Below, piece by piece: positions 1 to 13,599 of a stretch of DNA of 64,000 nt. Position 1 is the stretch's first letter. The number at the start of each line of letters is the position of its first letter. The position numbers and the translations under genes were made by a program. Source of the DNA: Raillietiella orientalis (taxonomy: Eukaryota); NCBI GenBank assembly GCA_036172245.1, contig JAYWIR010000001.1:9982001-10046000 (forward strand), read 5' to 3'. Below the pieces are notes generated by a model. That model was not told where the DNA came from and ran no database searches. It was given only the letters and a program-made list of their open reading frames with translations.

Positions 1-3000
1 GAGTTTCCAGCAGCCCTGCTGGTGCTCCAAGAAGAGAAGCAGCGAAGGACGCAGGTCTCACGGTTGGACCGCGCAAGGATGCGATCCTGGAGACATGAGG
101 GGGGGGGGAGCCCAAGATTTTTTCGTCTTCGATCGAGCACATGCCAGCGCAGTCTCAATCACCACGCAAGCCGCTTCACGGTTGACCTCCCTCGCGTGGT
201 CTTCCTCGTGCCTGTTCGTTCCCTCTTCCCGGAAAAACAAGGGCGAATCCCAGGGCTAGCTCCGGGCAAAGTGGCACGCCGGGGTTGACAGGGGGAGGTA
301 CCGCACCTACCGACGCTCCTCCCTTCATCGAGAGCTCCTTTTCCACCGCGAGGGCAGATCAGGGCGCTTCGGGAGGGTGTCTGGAAATCCTCGGTTCCTG
401 CTCGCATCCTACGGCGCTGGAGGATTTCACCGCGAGGCGCGTCGCGGTCTCGGAGGACCCAAGTATTCTCGCGAAGGCAAAGGCACTTTCCTTTCAGGAC
501 TCTCTCGTGCTTTCCGTCCCGCGCCCGCAAACGCGGCCGCTCTGGACCGCCTGGTCGATCTTTGGGGAGCTCGGCTCGGATAGCAGCGTCCCGGTGAATC
601 CTCCCGCAGACGGTGCTGCTTCCTAGCGACCGAGCTGCGTGCGAGGCCGCAGTGACGGAATGGCCCTCTCACGAGATTCCGGCGCCTCCCGTTCTCGCGA
701 GAGATCCGTCGGATCTGCTCCGCGTCGGAGGTTCGAACTCCCGCGGAGACGGGACCCTAGTGGGGGATGGGAAACCGCGGCCCCCCTCGGAGGTAGAAAG
801 CGCATGCAAAAACGAAAACGATCTCTTCCTTGTTCCGCTCCCTCCCTTTCTTTCCCTCACAGCTCCTTCCGTGGCTCTCAGTGCGGAGCCCACCTTGCCA
901 GGGCATCCTCCCTTTCCCCTCTTCCCCTCCTGGAACCCTTGCGCGCGCCTTGGTCTGAACTCATGAGATCCGCGTGTGCGCGCACCTCCTTCGCACGCAC
1001 TCACCGACGGCGGGTTCGTGAAACACGCGCGCCCCTCCGCACGCTTGTGGACTCCACATGCCGCGCTGTGTCGTGCGTTGGGGAGGGTGGGTGCGTGCGC
1101 AGCGGCGCCTTTACGCACCACTGGCCTCCTGCTCGTAGGTACGCTCTTCCCCAGATGGGCAGCTCGGCCCTGATGCTGCTGCTGCTGCTTGCGGTGCAAC
1201 ATCCGAAGAGTAGGAAGAGGACTGCACTGCTCACTAGCTGGATGATGTCCTGCTGGAGGGATGGCGTCCCGGATGCGTGTGTGCCGATCGCTCGCGCACG
1301 CAACCGCTACTGGGGGGGGGGGAGGGGGTGAGGGAAGAACGACGTGCCCTCTTTGTTTTCCTTTGCTTTGGGTGTCCCGTCCATGTGCCCTCCTTCGGCA
1401 GCGGTTTCCGTTTCCCGCCGTCCCCGGTTCCTCAAAGGGAAGATGGCAAGGAGTTCGATCCTTTGATGGCGCAGGAGGTAGTCCGCCTTCACACTCTTTC
1501 CCTCTCTCTGTCCCTCTGACGAAGAGAAGAACTCGGGAAACGGGCGCCTGCGGAATTTCCGCTTGGGATTGCAGCGACTCACCGACCTGTGCCTGTGCTT
1601 CGAAAACCTCTTTCGAGCTAGTTTGCGCCTCGGTGGCGCTCTGGCTCTGGACATCGACCGCAACTCGTCTTTTGCTTCCGCGGCCACGGGTCCCTCGTCC
1701 CCACCCCCCTTTTGGGGGGGAAGGGGAATGAGAGGTGGGGCCTACGGATGCGATTTCATCCGCTCTCTCCTCCGCCTTCGGTCTTTCAGGATCTGACGAG
1801 GGATTTTTCCTTCGCCGGCTCGATTCCCCGCTTCGGATCCTCGAGAACTCCTAGCGCACGCGACACCCTGGGGGTCGTGACGACTCTGGAATCCTGAAGG
1901 ATTCTACGAAGGAAATAAGGAAGCCGAGTGTCGCGGTGGCGACGCGAAGCCAGCGAGACGCCCGCATGCTCCTCCTCTTCCTCCGTCTCCAGACGCCCCC
2001 CCCTTTTCCTCTTCCCTTGTCCCGCCACCGCCTTGGACAGGATACCACCCCGCGGGCAATTCAGCCTGCGGCCTCGGCCGGCGAGTTTCGCTTCTGGCTG
2101 AGAGATGGGGCCTGGAGGCCGAAGGGATGCCTGCTTGCATCGCCCACACCCTCGGGGCTCACGCACGGCTCTTCCGGGCTTGACCTTGGTCGGGCAGAGC
2201 GGCAGCCGCGTACGGGAACTCCCTGCCGACGGGCGCCCCCAGCGCCATCTGCGCGCGAACACCTACGTGTTCAGCTCCGCAGATGTTCGATGTAAAACAC
2301 GAGCCGCTCAGGCAGCAGGAAGCGAGACATTGGATATCCCGGAGCGCTTTATGAGGAACGGGTCTGGGAATCGTCTCCAGGCGCTGCATCGCGGCCGGCA
2401 TCCCCACGCGCGCCGCCTCGCAGCCTCCTTGCGGCAGCGCGAGGAGTGCCGGACGTTCCTGAGTGGGGAGGGAGTCCCGGAGCGATGGATACGCGAGCGG
2501 AATCCCGACCCTGGGAATCACCAACGCCCCTTTCTTCCACCCCCCTCCTTGGCCCTTCCCTCTCTTGGTGCAGCGGCCGGAGCACGTGCCCCGCCCTGGC
2601 TGCGCCATCTGCGAACCTGGAGCCACCCGCATCGCTTGCAGGCTTTTTCCCCAGAAAAGGAGGAGAGGGAGGAGAAGAGGAAAAAAAAAAGAAGTGGGGT
2701 GAGGAGGGGAGGGGGTGAAAGGATGGGAAGAGGCGAGCAGACGCTTTTCTGCTCCTGGCAGCCCCGGTAGCCGCCAGACGCCGGTGGGAGCTGCCGTCTC
2801 AATCCCGGCGTCTCGCGCGTCGAAAGTCGTCCTGCACGCGCGTGCGCCCTCGAGGCCAAAGGAGCAGCGATGCGGAGGGAAGAGGTGGGGACGGATTCCC
2901 GGGAACTCCTCCTCGTCCGAGAGGGGAGACGCGTCTCGATGCGAGCTGGAAGGACTCTGCGCAGGCGCACGCGCTCCGCCTCGGGGTCGCAGCAGCCGCA

Positions 3001-3109
3001 TCGGATTGCGAGGCATCCCTGAAGGAAAGGGGTGCGAGAGACGGAAGATGAGGGAGAGAGAAGCGCGTCCATTTCTTCATCCCCGTGACTTCTGTTCCTT
3101 CTTTTCCAG

Positions 3110-6100
3110 GCCTGCAAGGGCTGCACGTCTGCCATCCCCTGCTACTGCCCAGGGCAACAGGGAGAACCCGGTGAGAAAGGAATCCCAGGATTTCCCGGAT
3201 CCCAAGGGGAGCACGGAGACGTCGGACTTGATGGTGTCGCCGGTCCCAAGGGGGAGAAAGGAGAACAAGGACACTTCGGGATGGAAGGTCCGAAGGGCGT
3301 CAGGGTAACGGCCGGAAGCTCCCAGAGCCACAAGCCCGCAGCCGCGTGTCTTTGCAGGGAGAGCAGGGATTCGTCGGTTTTCCCGGGATGACGGGCATCC
3401 CTGTGAGTGGTTCTTCCCCCCTCACTTCGGAGGCCACATCACTCTTTCCGTGCTGCTATTTTGTAGGGTCTGCCGGGAATACACGGACCAGCAGGCGATC
3501 CCGGTATCCACGGGTGCAACGGGAGCGACGGTCCTCGGGGACTTCCCGGGATTCCCGGTTTCGTCGGAGAGAGGGGAGTCATCGGCTTGGAAGGACTCCA
3601 GGGATTGAAAGGGGATCCCGGGGAAGGCGGATCGCAGTCCCCCGGCCTGAAGGGAGACAGGGGAGAGCCGGGATACGACGGCCCGGAGGTGGGTCTAGGA
3701 GAAAGGCGCGCGAGGGGCGCTTTCCTGCGGGATCCGCTCAAAGATGTTTTTGGAGGCCAAGGAGGGAGCAGCGCTTCCGGTCCTTATCGCCTTGCGCACG
3801 CGGGCGGGCCGGAGATGGCCTGCGGAGAGCATGGGCGCTTGGCAACGGCCCAGCGCAGTGCTTCCTCCCGAACGGGAAGGAAGAAGTGAGGGTGCGTCGT
3901 CGGGAAGAAAAACCCGGGACGAGGAGTCGTCCGAATCACTCTGCCCACCCTTCTGCAGTCCAAGAGAACCGTGGAGAGCAGTTCGCGCGCGCAATACCCC
4001 CCCTTTCCCCTTCAAGAGTGGACGGCAGCGGCTTTGCCATTTCCGACGGGCTCTTCTCATCTACGAAGTCTCTTCTTGGAAGCGGTCTCCGTGGAGTCCA
4101 CCACTGGCGAGGAATAGGACAAGTCCACTTTTTGTGTGAGAGGAAAGGATGTCGGAGCTTCAGCGCTGCTTTCATCTGGGAGAGGAAGGGAACCTAGCAG
4201 CCGTCTTCCTGGCTCGAGACATCCTGCTCTGATTGGAGGAGCTGCGCTCGAAGGCTCCAGAGGGCGCGAGTTCAGCTCAGTTGTTGAAGCCTTGACGTTC
4301 TGCGGCGCTTCGCCTGGATGCTACTGCACTTCCCCGCCGCGCCCTTTCCTGCCGCTGCACCTCGACAGCATCCGAAAGAGGCTGCATGCTGATCCGTAGC
4401 TCAAGATGAGCGCTCGGAAAGCACGCACTTGCGGAGAGGCTTTCAGCCAAGCGTGAGCGGTGGATGCTTCCACGGCGACAAGCAATTCGGAAAGCAGGGC
4501 ACTCACCTCATTCAGCCGCAGGGAACGGGGATGCACGATTAGATAAACCCGCGTCCCTTGAGGTGGAGAAAGACAAGAAAGAGATTTCTCCTCGGCCTTC
4601 TGGATATCGTCAAAGTGAAGGAGGCGTCCTCTGGATCATCGGTCGAATGAAGAAACAAGACCAACGATGTGCACCGCAGCAAGCAGCTGGCAGCAAGCGC
4701 AGATCAGGGACCGTCGTTGAGGCACGCCATGCAACAATGCGGTTGACGTAGCGATTGGGGGATGCCGGCAGGCAATCTCCAGGGAGGGGGTTCGAAGCGC
4801 AGCGCAGACTGCATGACTTCGACTGCGTCACGGTCACTCACTCTCGCAAGAGAAGCCTTGGTATAGGAAAAGAAATGGCCAGAGAGGGGAGACAGCCGCC
4901 CACATCCAGCCACGAAGAGCTTAATTTGGCCCAACAATTGCAAGAAGTCGCCACGGATCTTTGCGCATCTTCCTGCAGTCCAAAAGCGTTTAAAGCATCC
5001 CCCTGCGTGCCCCGGAAGACTTGGGAATCCGGGACACAATCGCGCGGCTCTCCACCAGGCAGGGCATGTTGCGTCCCACTCACCGACTTTGGGATCGGCG
5101 AACTGGAGGTGGGACATCTGCTGAGCTGGTGGGCCCCACGTCCTCCTGAAGAACGTCGGGATCAGGAGAGAAGCGGTTTGGGAAAGTCCAGAGGGAACGG
5201 CAGAACGCTGGAGGTGAGGGAGGGAGAGCCGGAGACCCATGCTGCTGCTCCCCGAGAGCCCCGGGGTGAGTAACGACGATGGGCTATGTCGCGACTGCAT
5301 TCCCTCGCGAACGAAACGCGCCAGGTACTAGGTGGGACCTCTACCTGTAAAGAGCCCCTAGGTGCTGGTCTCTTCACAGGGAGTCGAGGAACGTCAGGTT
5401 CCCGAAAATGTGTCTTCCGGCCGGCCCTTCCCGGCCGGAAATGGGAATGAGAGAAGAGTCCTTTCCCAGAGATGTTCAGGGACTCAGGGAAGCGCAACTT
5501 TCAATGGTGGGCGCCGAAGGAGCGCCAGCTGCGTCGAGAGCCTTCCTTCCGAATCGCGCACTGCCTCTTCCTCCTCCCCCGTCTTTGGAATAGACCAGGA
5601 GGAACGGGCTGTCGGAAGCGACATGCCAAAGGGGCACGGAAGGCTTTCCTGAATGCTCGCGGAGGCATCCTCGAGGGCGGCAAGGACGAGTCCGAGTTGC
5701 CTTTCTCCCTCCGATCCCCGGCTCAGCTCCCTCGAGATTCCCTCCTTCGTCTGAGCTCGCTCACAAGCGTAGGAAGCGCCTCGCGGAGGAAGGGTCCTTT
5801 TGGCGGGAGCGGATCACACAGGAACCTTCTCCCCTTCTCCCTTTGCGTTTCCAGGGTTACGAGGGCATCGCCGGATTCCGAGGGCCAAAGGGACTCCCTG
5901 GAGACACGTTTCCCAAGGTAAGAGGTGCTGGGAGTTACCGGGCCGCTAAGAGGGACCGGTATCCTCAGGGTTCCCGCGGGAACAAAGGGTTCAAAGGGAT
6001 GAAAGGGGAAACTGGAGATGAGGCAGCAGGAATAAAAGGCTTCAAGGGAGACATAGGTGACCAAGGTGCTCCCGGGTTGCCGATCAACGGATACCAGGAG

Positions 6101-9100
6101 CTGACGCTGCCAGAGATCAAGGGCAGGAAAGGAGAAAAAGGGGAACACGGATTCACGGGACCCAAGGGAGTGACAGGAGAGCCAGGCTCGAGGGTGAGCC
6201 TGGGATGAGGTGGCTTTTTTGGAAAGGTGCGAGTGCTTGTCGGCGTTGCAGGGACTTCCTGGAGTCCCTGGGATAAAGGGAGAGATGGGAGACTACGGCA
6301 ACTACGGTCAGAAGGGAAAGCAGGGCAAGCGAGGCCCCAGCGGCTCGCCGGGAGAGAAGGGACAGAAGGGCGCTCCAGGATTCACCGGGATCGACGGTTC
6401 CAAGGGCATAAAGGTACGGCCAAAGGGAGCGAACCTCGCTAGCGATCCTACTCGTTGCCGCACAGGGCTCCTTGGGAGACACCGGTTACCACGGTATACC
6501 CGGAAACCAAGGGGACGAGGGGTTGCCGGGCTTGTACGACCCCAGCCTGACCAAGGAAATTCCTGGCTCTCAAGGGCCACAGGGTCCCATGGGTAAGGTC
6601 CCCTCGACCCTCCCCTGCCCACTCCTAGTTCCCTCCAGGTTATCCTGGACCGAGAGGCCTTCCTGGACTCAACGGAACCACTGGTTTCTCTGGATCCTAC
6701 GGTCCATACGGTCTGCCTGGGCCCAAAGGAGTCAAGGGCACCCAGGGCCCTCCCGGAAAGAGTGAGAAAGGAGAGCCAGGAGGACCCGGTGAGTCCCCTC
6801 TGTGAGACGGAAGGGACCGTATCGCTCGCTCTTCAGGAGACTCCGGGCCCGTGGGGTCCCACGGGGAGCCCGGATTGCCTGGACCGATAGGGTACCCTGG
6901 CCCCCCTGGGCAGCCTGGAGGCACCGTCATCGGTCTTCCAGGAGAAGATGGCATCCCAGGAAGGTCTGGGATTAGGGGGTATCCCGGTGTGCGAGGAGAC
7001 TCGGGAGACCGAGGTAAGGGGGGAGACGCTTTGCAGTCCGGTCCCCATGCCTTCCTCCAGGACTTCCAGGATATCCCGGAGCAGGAAGCGACATGGCCGG
7101 CGGGTGGGGAGCCAAGGGCATGAAAGGGGTCAAGGGCGATCCTGGGAATGCCGGAACCTACGGAGATCTCGGAATCCCGGGTCAAAAAGGACCGAAGGGT
7201 GAAGACTGCGGATTCTGCCCTTCCGGTAGGTGCCGTTTCGGGAAGGAAGGAGGGAATAAAGTTCGTCCCTTCCCGCGGAATGGCGCGCACAGGAAGGCGA
7301 GGGGAGCCCGGCGACAAAGGAGACGCTGGCATTCCGGGCATTCAGGGACCTCCCGGACATCCCGGATACAGAGGGCCTCCCGGACTCAAAGGAGTGAAGG
7401 GGAAGGACGGCCTCTCGGGCATCAAGGGCCAGAAAGGGCAGCTGGGATACGACGGTGAGCGAGGAAGGGGAGGAGGTGGAGAGGCCGGATCCGGGAAAGG
7501 GGTGGTGCTTTCTAGCGGCGGACGGAGACCGGGGCCAGAAGGGCGACGCGGGAGAGCTCTTGCACCCCCCAAACGTTAAGGGACTCCGAGGCTCCCGGGG
7601 AGATCCAGGAAGCGACGGCCTTCCAGGCCTTCCCGGGAGAAGAGGCTTCGGAGGCTTCCAGGGCCTCAAAGGGTTTGTCGGAACAAAAGGAGAGAAGGTA
7701 AGGTGGGGCGGGGGTGCAGCACGCTCCTCCGGCTCGAGGGACAGCGGCATCACGGCCTTCCCCCTCAGGGAGACTTCGGGGATTCGGGAATCTCCGGCAG
7801 CGACGGATCTCCGGGAACTCCAGGCCTGAAGGGGGAGAAGGGGGACGACGTCGGCGTGCTGTACCCTTACCCCGCTCCCGAAGGGGACGAAGGAGACCCA
7901 GGAAGGAGGTATGTGGGGTTGCCTCTTCCGGGAGGAACCATTGGAGGACCACCGTTGTAGAGGACCGATAGGAGAGTCTGGAGACCAGGGGCAGAAGGGC
8001 GAGCCCGGAGAGGGCATCGGTTATCTCCGCTTCGGAAAGAAAGGGGATAGAGGCCCTCGCGGAGACCCCGGTGAGTTCCAAGTGCCCGCTTTCCTGGGAG
8101 AGAGGTTTTCCAGGGTACCCCGGCGAGAGAGGCGATCCCGGCAACGTGGGCCCGGCCGGCGAAAAAGGGCCAGCTGGTTTCCCGGGAGAGCCCGGACTCT
8201 CCTATCCGGGAGAACCCGGCAGGAAGGGTCATCCTGGACAAGTGGGAGACGTAGGACCGAAGGGAGCGGAGGGCAGTCCCGGCCAGTCCGGAACGAGCGG
8301 CTTCTACGTAAGTAGGAAGGATTCCCGCCCCTTCCCCTCACTTCCCCTACGGCGAACCTTTCCAGGGGCGGAAGGGCCACAAGGGAGATCACGGGGACGC
8401 AGGCCACACCTGGTACGTCGGCTCCCCGGGACTTCCCGGGAGGAAAGGGGAGAAAGGAGAGCAAGGTTCGGACGGCATTCCTGGGGCGCGTGGGCCGTCG
8501 GGCGTCCTGGGAACGAGAGGACCGAAGGGACCAAAGGGAAGCCCTGGATTCCCAGGGCTGCTCGGGAGCAAGGTAAGTGCGCTAACCCTCTCGATCCGTC
8601 GACCCCGCTGCCCCTCTCCCGTCGTTGCAGGGTATCGAAGGAGAACCGGGATTTTCGTTCGACGGCGCTCCCGGGCCCCAGGGACCTCCCGGACCGATAG
8701 GATTTCCGGGAATCATCGGGATCGCCGGAAGGAAAGGCGAGTGGACGTCCCTTTCTGGGGAAGAGCGAAGGGCCAGGGCTGCCCTGAGGAGCCCGGCCCT
8801 CCCGGGAGGTCGCTGATGTGTCCCGCAGGTGAACCCGGAGACTTCGGCTCGCACGGCAGGAAAGGATTTCCGGGAACTCCCGGATTTCCCGGACCCAGGG
8901 GACAGGAAGGGGACAACGGCACAGCCGGTTTCCCGGGAAAGCCGGGAATTCCGGGAAGGACGGGATTCCCGGGAGAGAGAGGCGACGAGGGAGAGCCGGG
9001 AGTTCCAGGTAATGCGTGCGTTTCTGCCGGTTTCCTGTTTCCCCCTCTGGAAACGCGATCCGAGAGTGACCTCCCCCCCTCCCTTAAGCGTCCTAGCTCT

Positions 9101-12100
9101 TTCCCCTCCCCTCCCTGTTTTCTTTTTGCAGGCCTTCCCGGAATCATGGGATTTCCCGGAGCTCCCGGCCTTCGCGGGCGGAAAGGTATCGAAGGGGATT
9201 CCGGACAGCCTGGGAAGGAAGGAGCCGAAGGGGATAGAGGACTCAAGGTGAGTCTTCTGGTGGGTGATTTCTGATCGACCGGGCTCTCTCAGGGACCTCG
9301 AGGAGACGTGGGGTTCCCCGGAGTTCGCGGGGATTACGGGGACTTCTCTCCCGTGGGGGACAAGGGAGAACAGGGAGATTCCGGTAAGCGACGTGGGAGG
9401 ATGGCGGGGAACCCATGACCTCCTTCACCCTATTCCAGGACCGCAAGGCTCGAAGGGGTACCGGGGGTTTCCCGGAACAAAAGGATGGAAGGGTGCTCCC
9501 GGAGATCCCGGACGGACGCTGGTCTCTCCGGTCGACATCAAGGGCCAGCAGGGAGAGAAGGGTTTTCCGGGAAGAAGCGGAACTCCGGGGGCACAGGTAA
9601 TCCTGCAGGGGGGAGGGGACTGAGGTTGGAGAGGGACCTTCTGTCGCAGGGGTTCCCTGGAAGTCCCGGATTCCCTGGGCTCAGGGGAGAGAGGGGCGAC
9701 GCGGGAAACGACGGCATTCCCGGAAGGAGGGGCCTCCCAGGATTCCCCGGCCCCAAAGGGAGGCAGGGAGACTTCGGTGATCTTGGAGAATCCCAAAAAG
9801 GAGAGTCAGGAGACGAAGGCGAACCGGGACTCATAGGGAATCCAGGTCTTTCCGTCGCCCTCCAACCGCCCGTTCCCTAATTTTCCCGTTCGGGGAAAAA
9901 AATCAGGAATTCCCGGAGACAGAGGCTATCCCGGAATGCAAGGAAGGCCCGGTGACCGGGGATCCAAGGGAGAAGAGGGAGAGCCTGGATATCCCGGCAC
10001 CGCCCAGCTGGGAGTCAAGGGCAGCCACGGGGACCCCGGACCACAGGGGAATCCTGGAGATCGGGGAGAGCGGGGAGAACCAGGACTTCCCGGCCTGTCC
10101 ATGCCGAAGGTAAGAGGTGGCAGGGGCCGGTCGGCGCCCGACCCGAAGCGTTTCAGGGAGCAAAGGGGGAGCCAGGAACGTACGGGAGACCAGGAATTCC
10201 TGGATTCAAGGGGCTCGTCGGCGAGAAGGGCGACACCGGTCCACGAGGGCTCAGAGGTAAAGGGAGCCTCTCTGGGAAAGATATCCTCCAAGGGTCCGAG
10301 CCCTCTCTGGAGCCCCTCCCTCGGGAGGGGGCAGAGAGGGAGAAGCATCTCCCTCTCTGTCCGGGAGACAGATGGCGCGGCCCGTCGCCAGGAGGGTCGC
10401 CGCCGTCTTTGCCCTGCTGCCAGCTCACCTCCCGGCCAGTCCGGCCTCGGGCCCTGGACAGGAGGAAGGAGGATTTAGGGCGAGAGGGGTGAGGGAAGGG
10501 TCTTCCCTCTCTCTCTCCTCCCCCTGAAGAAGTGGGAAGGAACGAGATTTCACGAGGATTCCGTCGCAGGTGTCAGCGTGAAGGGAGAGCCCGGAGACTT
10601 TGGGAACCCCGGGCTACCCGGGCTGGACCAGAAGGAGGGCCCTCCGGGCCAGAAAGGTGTTCCTGGAGAGTACGGCCTTGATGGCCCCCCCGGACAGAAG
10701 GGCACCCCCGGGATCCCATCGATCGGCCCGAAGGGCATCCAAGGGGACCCAGGTGAGTCAGCGTGCAGTCCCTTCCAGTACGGACCCTTCCCTTCCGCCC
10801 AGGTTCCCGAGGACTTCCGGGGCCTCCTGGACTCAGAGGACTGCCCGGCTTCGTTGGGAAGAAGGGCGTCGCCGGCTCAAGAGGGAAGGAAGGATCACAA
10901 GGACGAGAGGGCTTTTCCGGGTAAGAAAGGTCGGGACGGCGCGCGCGAGAACGCCGGGAGGTTCTCGCTTCCCTGAAAGACTCCCACCGACGACGTGTCG
11001 GCTTCCTGGTCGGGGAGGAACAGCACCAGGAAAGCGGGAGCGTCCCGTCGCCGGGGGGCAAATGAAGAACTCGGAACAGTCCGGCGCGTCGCGTCCCTCT
11101 TCGTGCACTCCCGTCACTTCTGGCCCCACGTCAACCCTCGGCGCCAACTGCTCGTCCGCAGCTCCTCCTCCTCTCCCCCTTCCCCTCACCCGCCCAGTTT
11201 GCACGCACGCCGCCGACTCCTTCCCCGAATCTTATCCCGGTGCGCTTCCCTCCGCGGGGCCGATCTGCCGCTCATCTCGACCGACCCCGGTCGGGAACCT
11301 TGCGTCCAGAAGGGTTGTGGGTCCTCACTGCCTCTTTCATCCAGGAGAAAAGGCGAGAGAGGAGCTCTTGGAGTTGCTGGATATCCCGGAGCAGCGGGCG
11401 TACCTGGCCCGACCGGTGATCCGGGTCCTCGCGGTTTCGACGGTTTCCCCGGCGAGCAGGGCCTGCCTGGAGACACGGGAGACTTTGGCATCCCCGGACT
11501 CACCGGCTTCCCAGGAGAGAAGGTGAGCCCTAGTGGCTCTCTGGGCCCCGGCCCACCTTCCCTGCGCTTTTCAGGGGTGGAAAGGAGACGATGGGGATCC
11601 TGCCCCAATAAATCTCCTTAAGGGAGAGAAGGGCGACGTAGGAGAGAGGGGCTTCCCAGGTGAGCGCGGGCAAGAAGGGTCGTGGGCCTTCCAGAGATCA
11701 GGGCCGAGGGATCGGAGAGCGGCACCTCCCCTCCTGAAAGGTCATCCTTCAAGAGAGGGCCAATTTACGAGCCCCTCGCCCCGACTAGGAAGCGGAGGGG
11801 GGTAGTGTGCTCATCCTCCTGACCACGGTCTTCTCGAAGGACCTCCCGGCCTTCGCGGTTTGATGGGTCTTCCTGGCCCTGACGGCCGGCGCGGAGACAT
11901 CGGCGATCAGGGAGACTCGGGACGCGAAGGAAGCAGAGGCCCTCCAGGGCGCTACGGGGAGAAAGGAGAGGTCGGGTTTCCCGGCCCGAACGGTCCTCGC
12001 GGCCCGAAAGGTGACCCCGTGCCCTCTGGCATGCTCTCTCCGTACCTCTGACCGCAACTGTGCTCAGGCATCCCGGGAATGATGGGAGACGACGGCCCCC

Positions 12101-13214
12101 CGGGTCCACCCGCCAGGTCCCGAGGTTTCTTCTTCACGAGACACTCCCAGAACACCGAGGTGCCCCCCTGCCCCGTGGGCACTAGCAAGCTGTGGGACGG
12201 CTACAGCCTGCTGCACCTGATGGGCAACGAGAAGAGTCACACCCAGGACCTAGGTGAGCTCCGGAGCGAGGCGAAGGGCGCTGTCCCTTTCCTGCGCGCC
12301 AGCGCAAACGCCCCCGCCCAGGGTCCTCGGGGAGCTGTTTGCAGAGGTTCAGCCCCATGCCATTCCTCTTCTGTGACGTCAACGACGTCTGCAACTACGC
12401 GTCCCGCAACGACTACAGCTACTGGCTGAACAGTGACCAGGAGATGCCGATGACCATGGCGCCCATCACGGGAGACGAGCTCAAGAGATACATCTCCCGA
12501 TGCAGTGTCTGCGAGGCGCCCACCCACGCCATCGCCATCCACAGCCAGTCGAGGCAGATTCCCCGCTGCCCCAGCGGATGGTCCCTGCTCTGGGTCGGCT
12601 ACAGCTTCATCATGGTGAGGGGGCGCACGGGATCGGGAGTGGAGTGGGGAAAGAGGCGGGCCAGCAAGAGAACGGTGCCCTCCAGAGTTAATGGAGGTAG
12701 GGAAGAGGCCCCCGGCATGGGAGCGATGAGGCAGAGGGGCGGGCGTGGACGAAGCGGTGGGACGCTTCGCGAGGGAGGAGGGACGGAGCGCTCGGAGGCA
12801 GGACCAAGACGAGTGGACGCAAGGGAGAGGGGGAGGGAAGCAGTCCAGGGGTGGTCTCCAGGACGCACTCCTTCCTGTTCGCGACGGCGCTAAGGGAGAG
12901 ATCTCCGCCTCCCTTCTCTCTCCTTGCTTTTGCAGCACACGGACGCCGGCGCCGAAGGAGGCGGTCAGCCACTTATCTCGCCCGGGTCCTGCCTGGAGAA
13001 GTTCCGATCCGTGCCGTTCATCGAGTGCCACGGACACGGTCGCTGCAACAGCTACGCGACGGCTCTGACCTACTGGCTCGTCACCCTGGCCGAGGAGGAC
13101 CAGTTCTTGAAGCCACGACCGACAACCTTAAAGGCAGGACAGCTGACCGAGCGCGTCAGCAGGTGCTCCGTGTGCTTGCGCAACAAGCAACGCAAGGAGG
13201 TGCCCGTGGCGTAA
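3110..13214 (+). CDS. COL4A1: Collagen type IV alpha chain (alpha1-class NC1; resembles Drosophila viking / C. elegans emb-9), 32 traced exons, 5' signal-peptide exon not located
   Basis: Exons read by eye: 3110-3304, 3358-3402, 3467-3688, 5855-5917, 5969-6193, 6252-6413, 6466-6592, 6639-6788, 6837-7013, 7061-7225, 7293-7454, 7516-7697, 7769-7908, 7961-8070, 8114-8307, 8366-8572, 8631-8736, 8829-9008, 9132-9247, 9293-9383, 9439-9596, 9650-9845, 9907-10109, 10157-10256, 10570-10752, 10803-10920, 11345-11522, 11575-11659, 11840-12010, 12068-12253, 12322-12614, 12936-13214. Total is 5169 nt, divisible by 3. N-terminus [21 protein letters not shown] is 7S-like, followed by interrupted Gly-X-Y repeats and a C-terminal NC1 domain. 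Chain numbering (alpha1 vs alpha2) is less certain than the family call. Confidence 0.95.
12118..13214 (+). other. NC1 (C4) domain-coding exons of the collagen IV gene
   Basis: [11 protein letters not shown]...[15 protein letters not shown]...[39 protein letters not shown]...MPMTMAP...[10 protein letters not shown]...[12 protein letters not shown]...TTLKAG...VSRCSVC. This is the two-subdomain Cys pattern. The MPMTM and TLKAG motifs that carry the sulfilimine Met/Lys pair in collagen IV are present. Confidence 0.95.
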
Positions 13215-13599
13215 GCGCTGCCTGCTCGGCGCGCGGCCCGCGCCCTTCTGCCCTCCTCCCCACCCTCGAGCCACGCCCCCACCTACTTTGTTTGCCACTG
13301 CCTTTCGTCCAGACACTGCCATGCCGCTTGCGGCGCTCCTCCCACCCTCAGGGTGAAGAGCGGGAGGCAAGGGGGGAGGAACAGGAGAGGGAAAGGAATA
13401 GACGAGAACGCACGCGGGAGAAAGGAAAAGGGAAAGTCGACTGTTGTCGGGGGAAGAAGGGAGGGAGAAGTCAGGGGTGGCCTTGGATTCCTCCACTCCC
13501 CCTGCTGCAGGGCCCTGCGCATTCCCGGGTGAGGTGACGGGGTCCGGTGACCAAGCCCTTCCTCCGGAGCTTATCGAGGCGGGGAAAGGCAAGCGGTGG

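Noticed and set aside
5965-12188. Minus-strand Pro/Gly/Ser-rich ORFs (e.g. 7130-8017, 6697-7341)
   Set aside because: These are antisense shadows of Gly-X-Y codons in the collagen exons.
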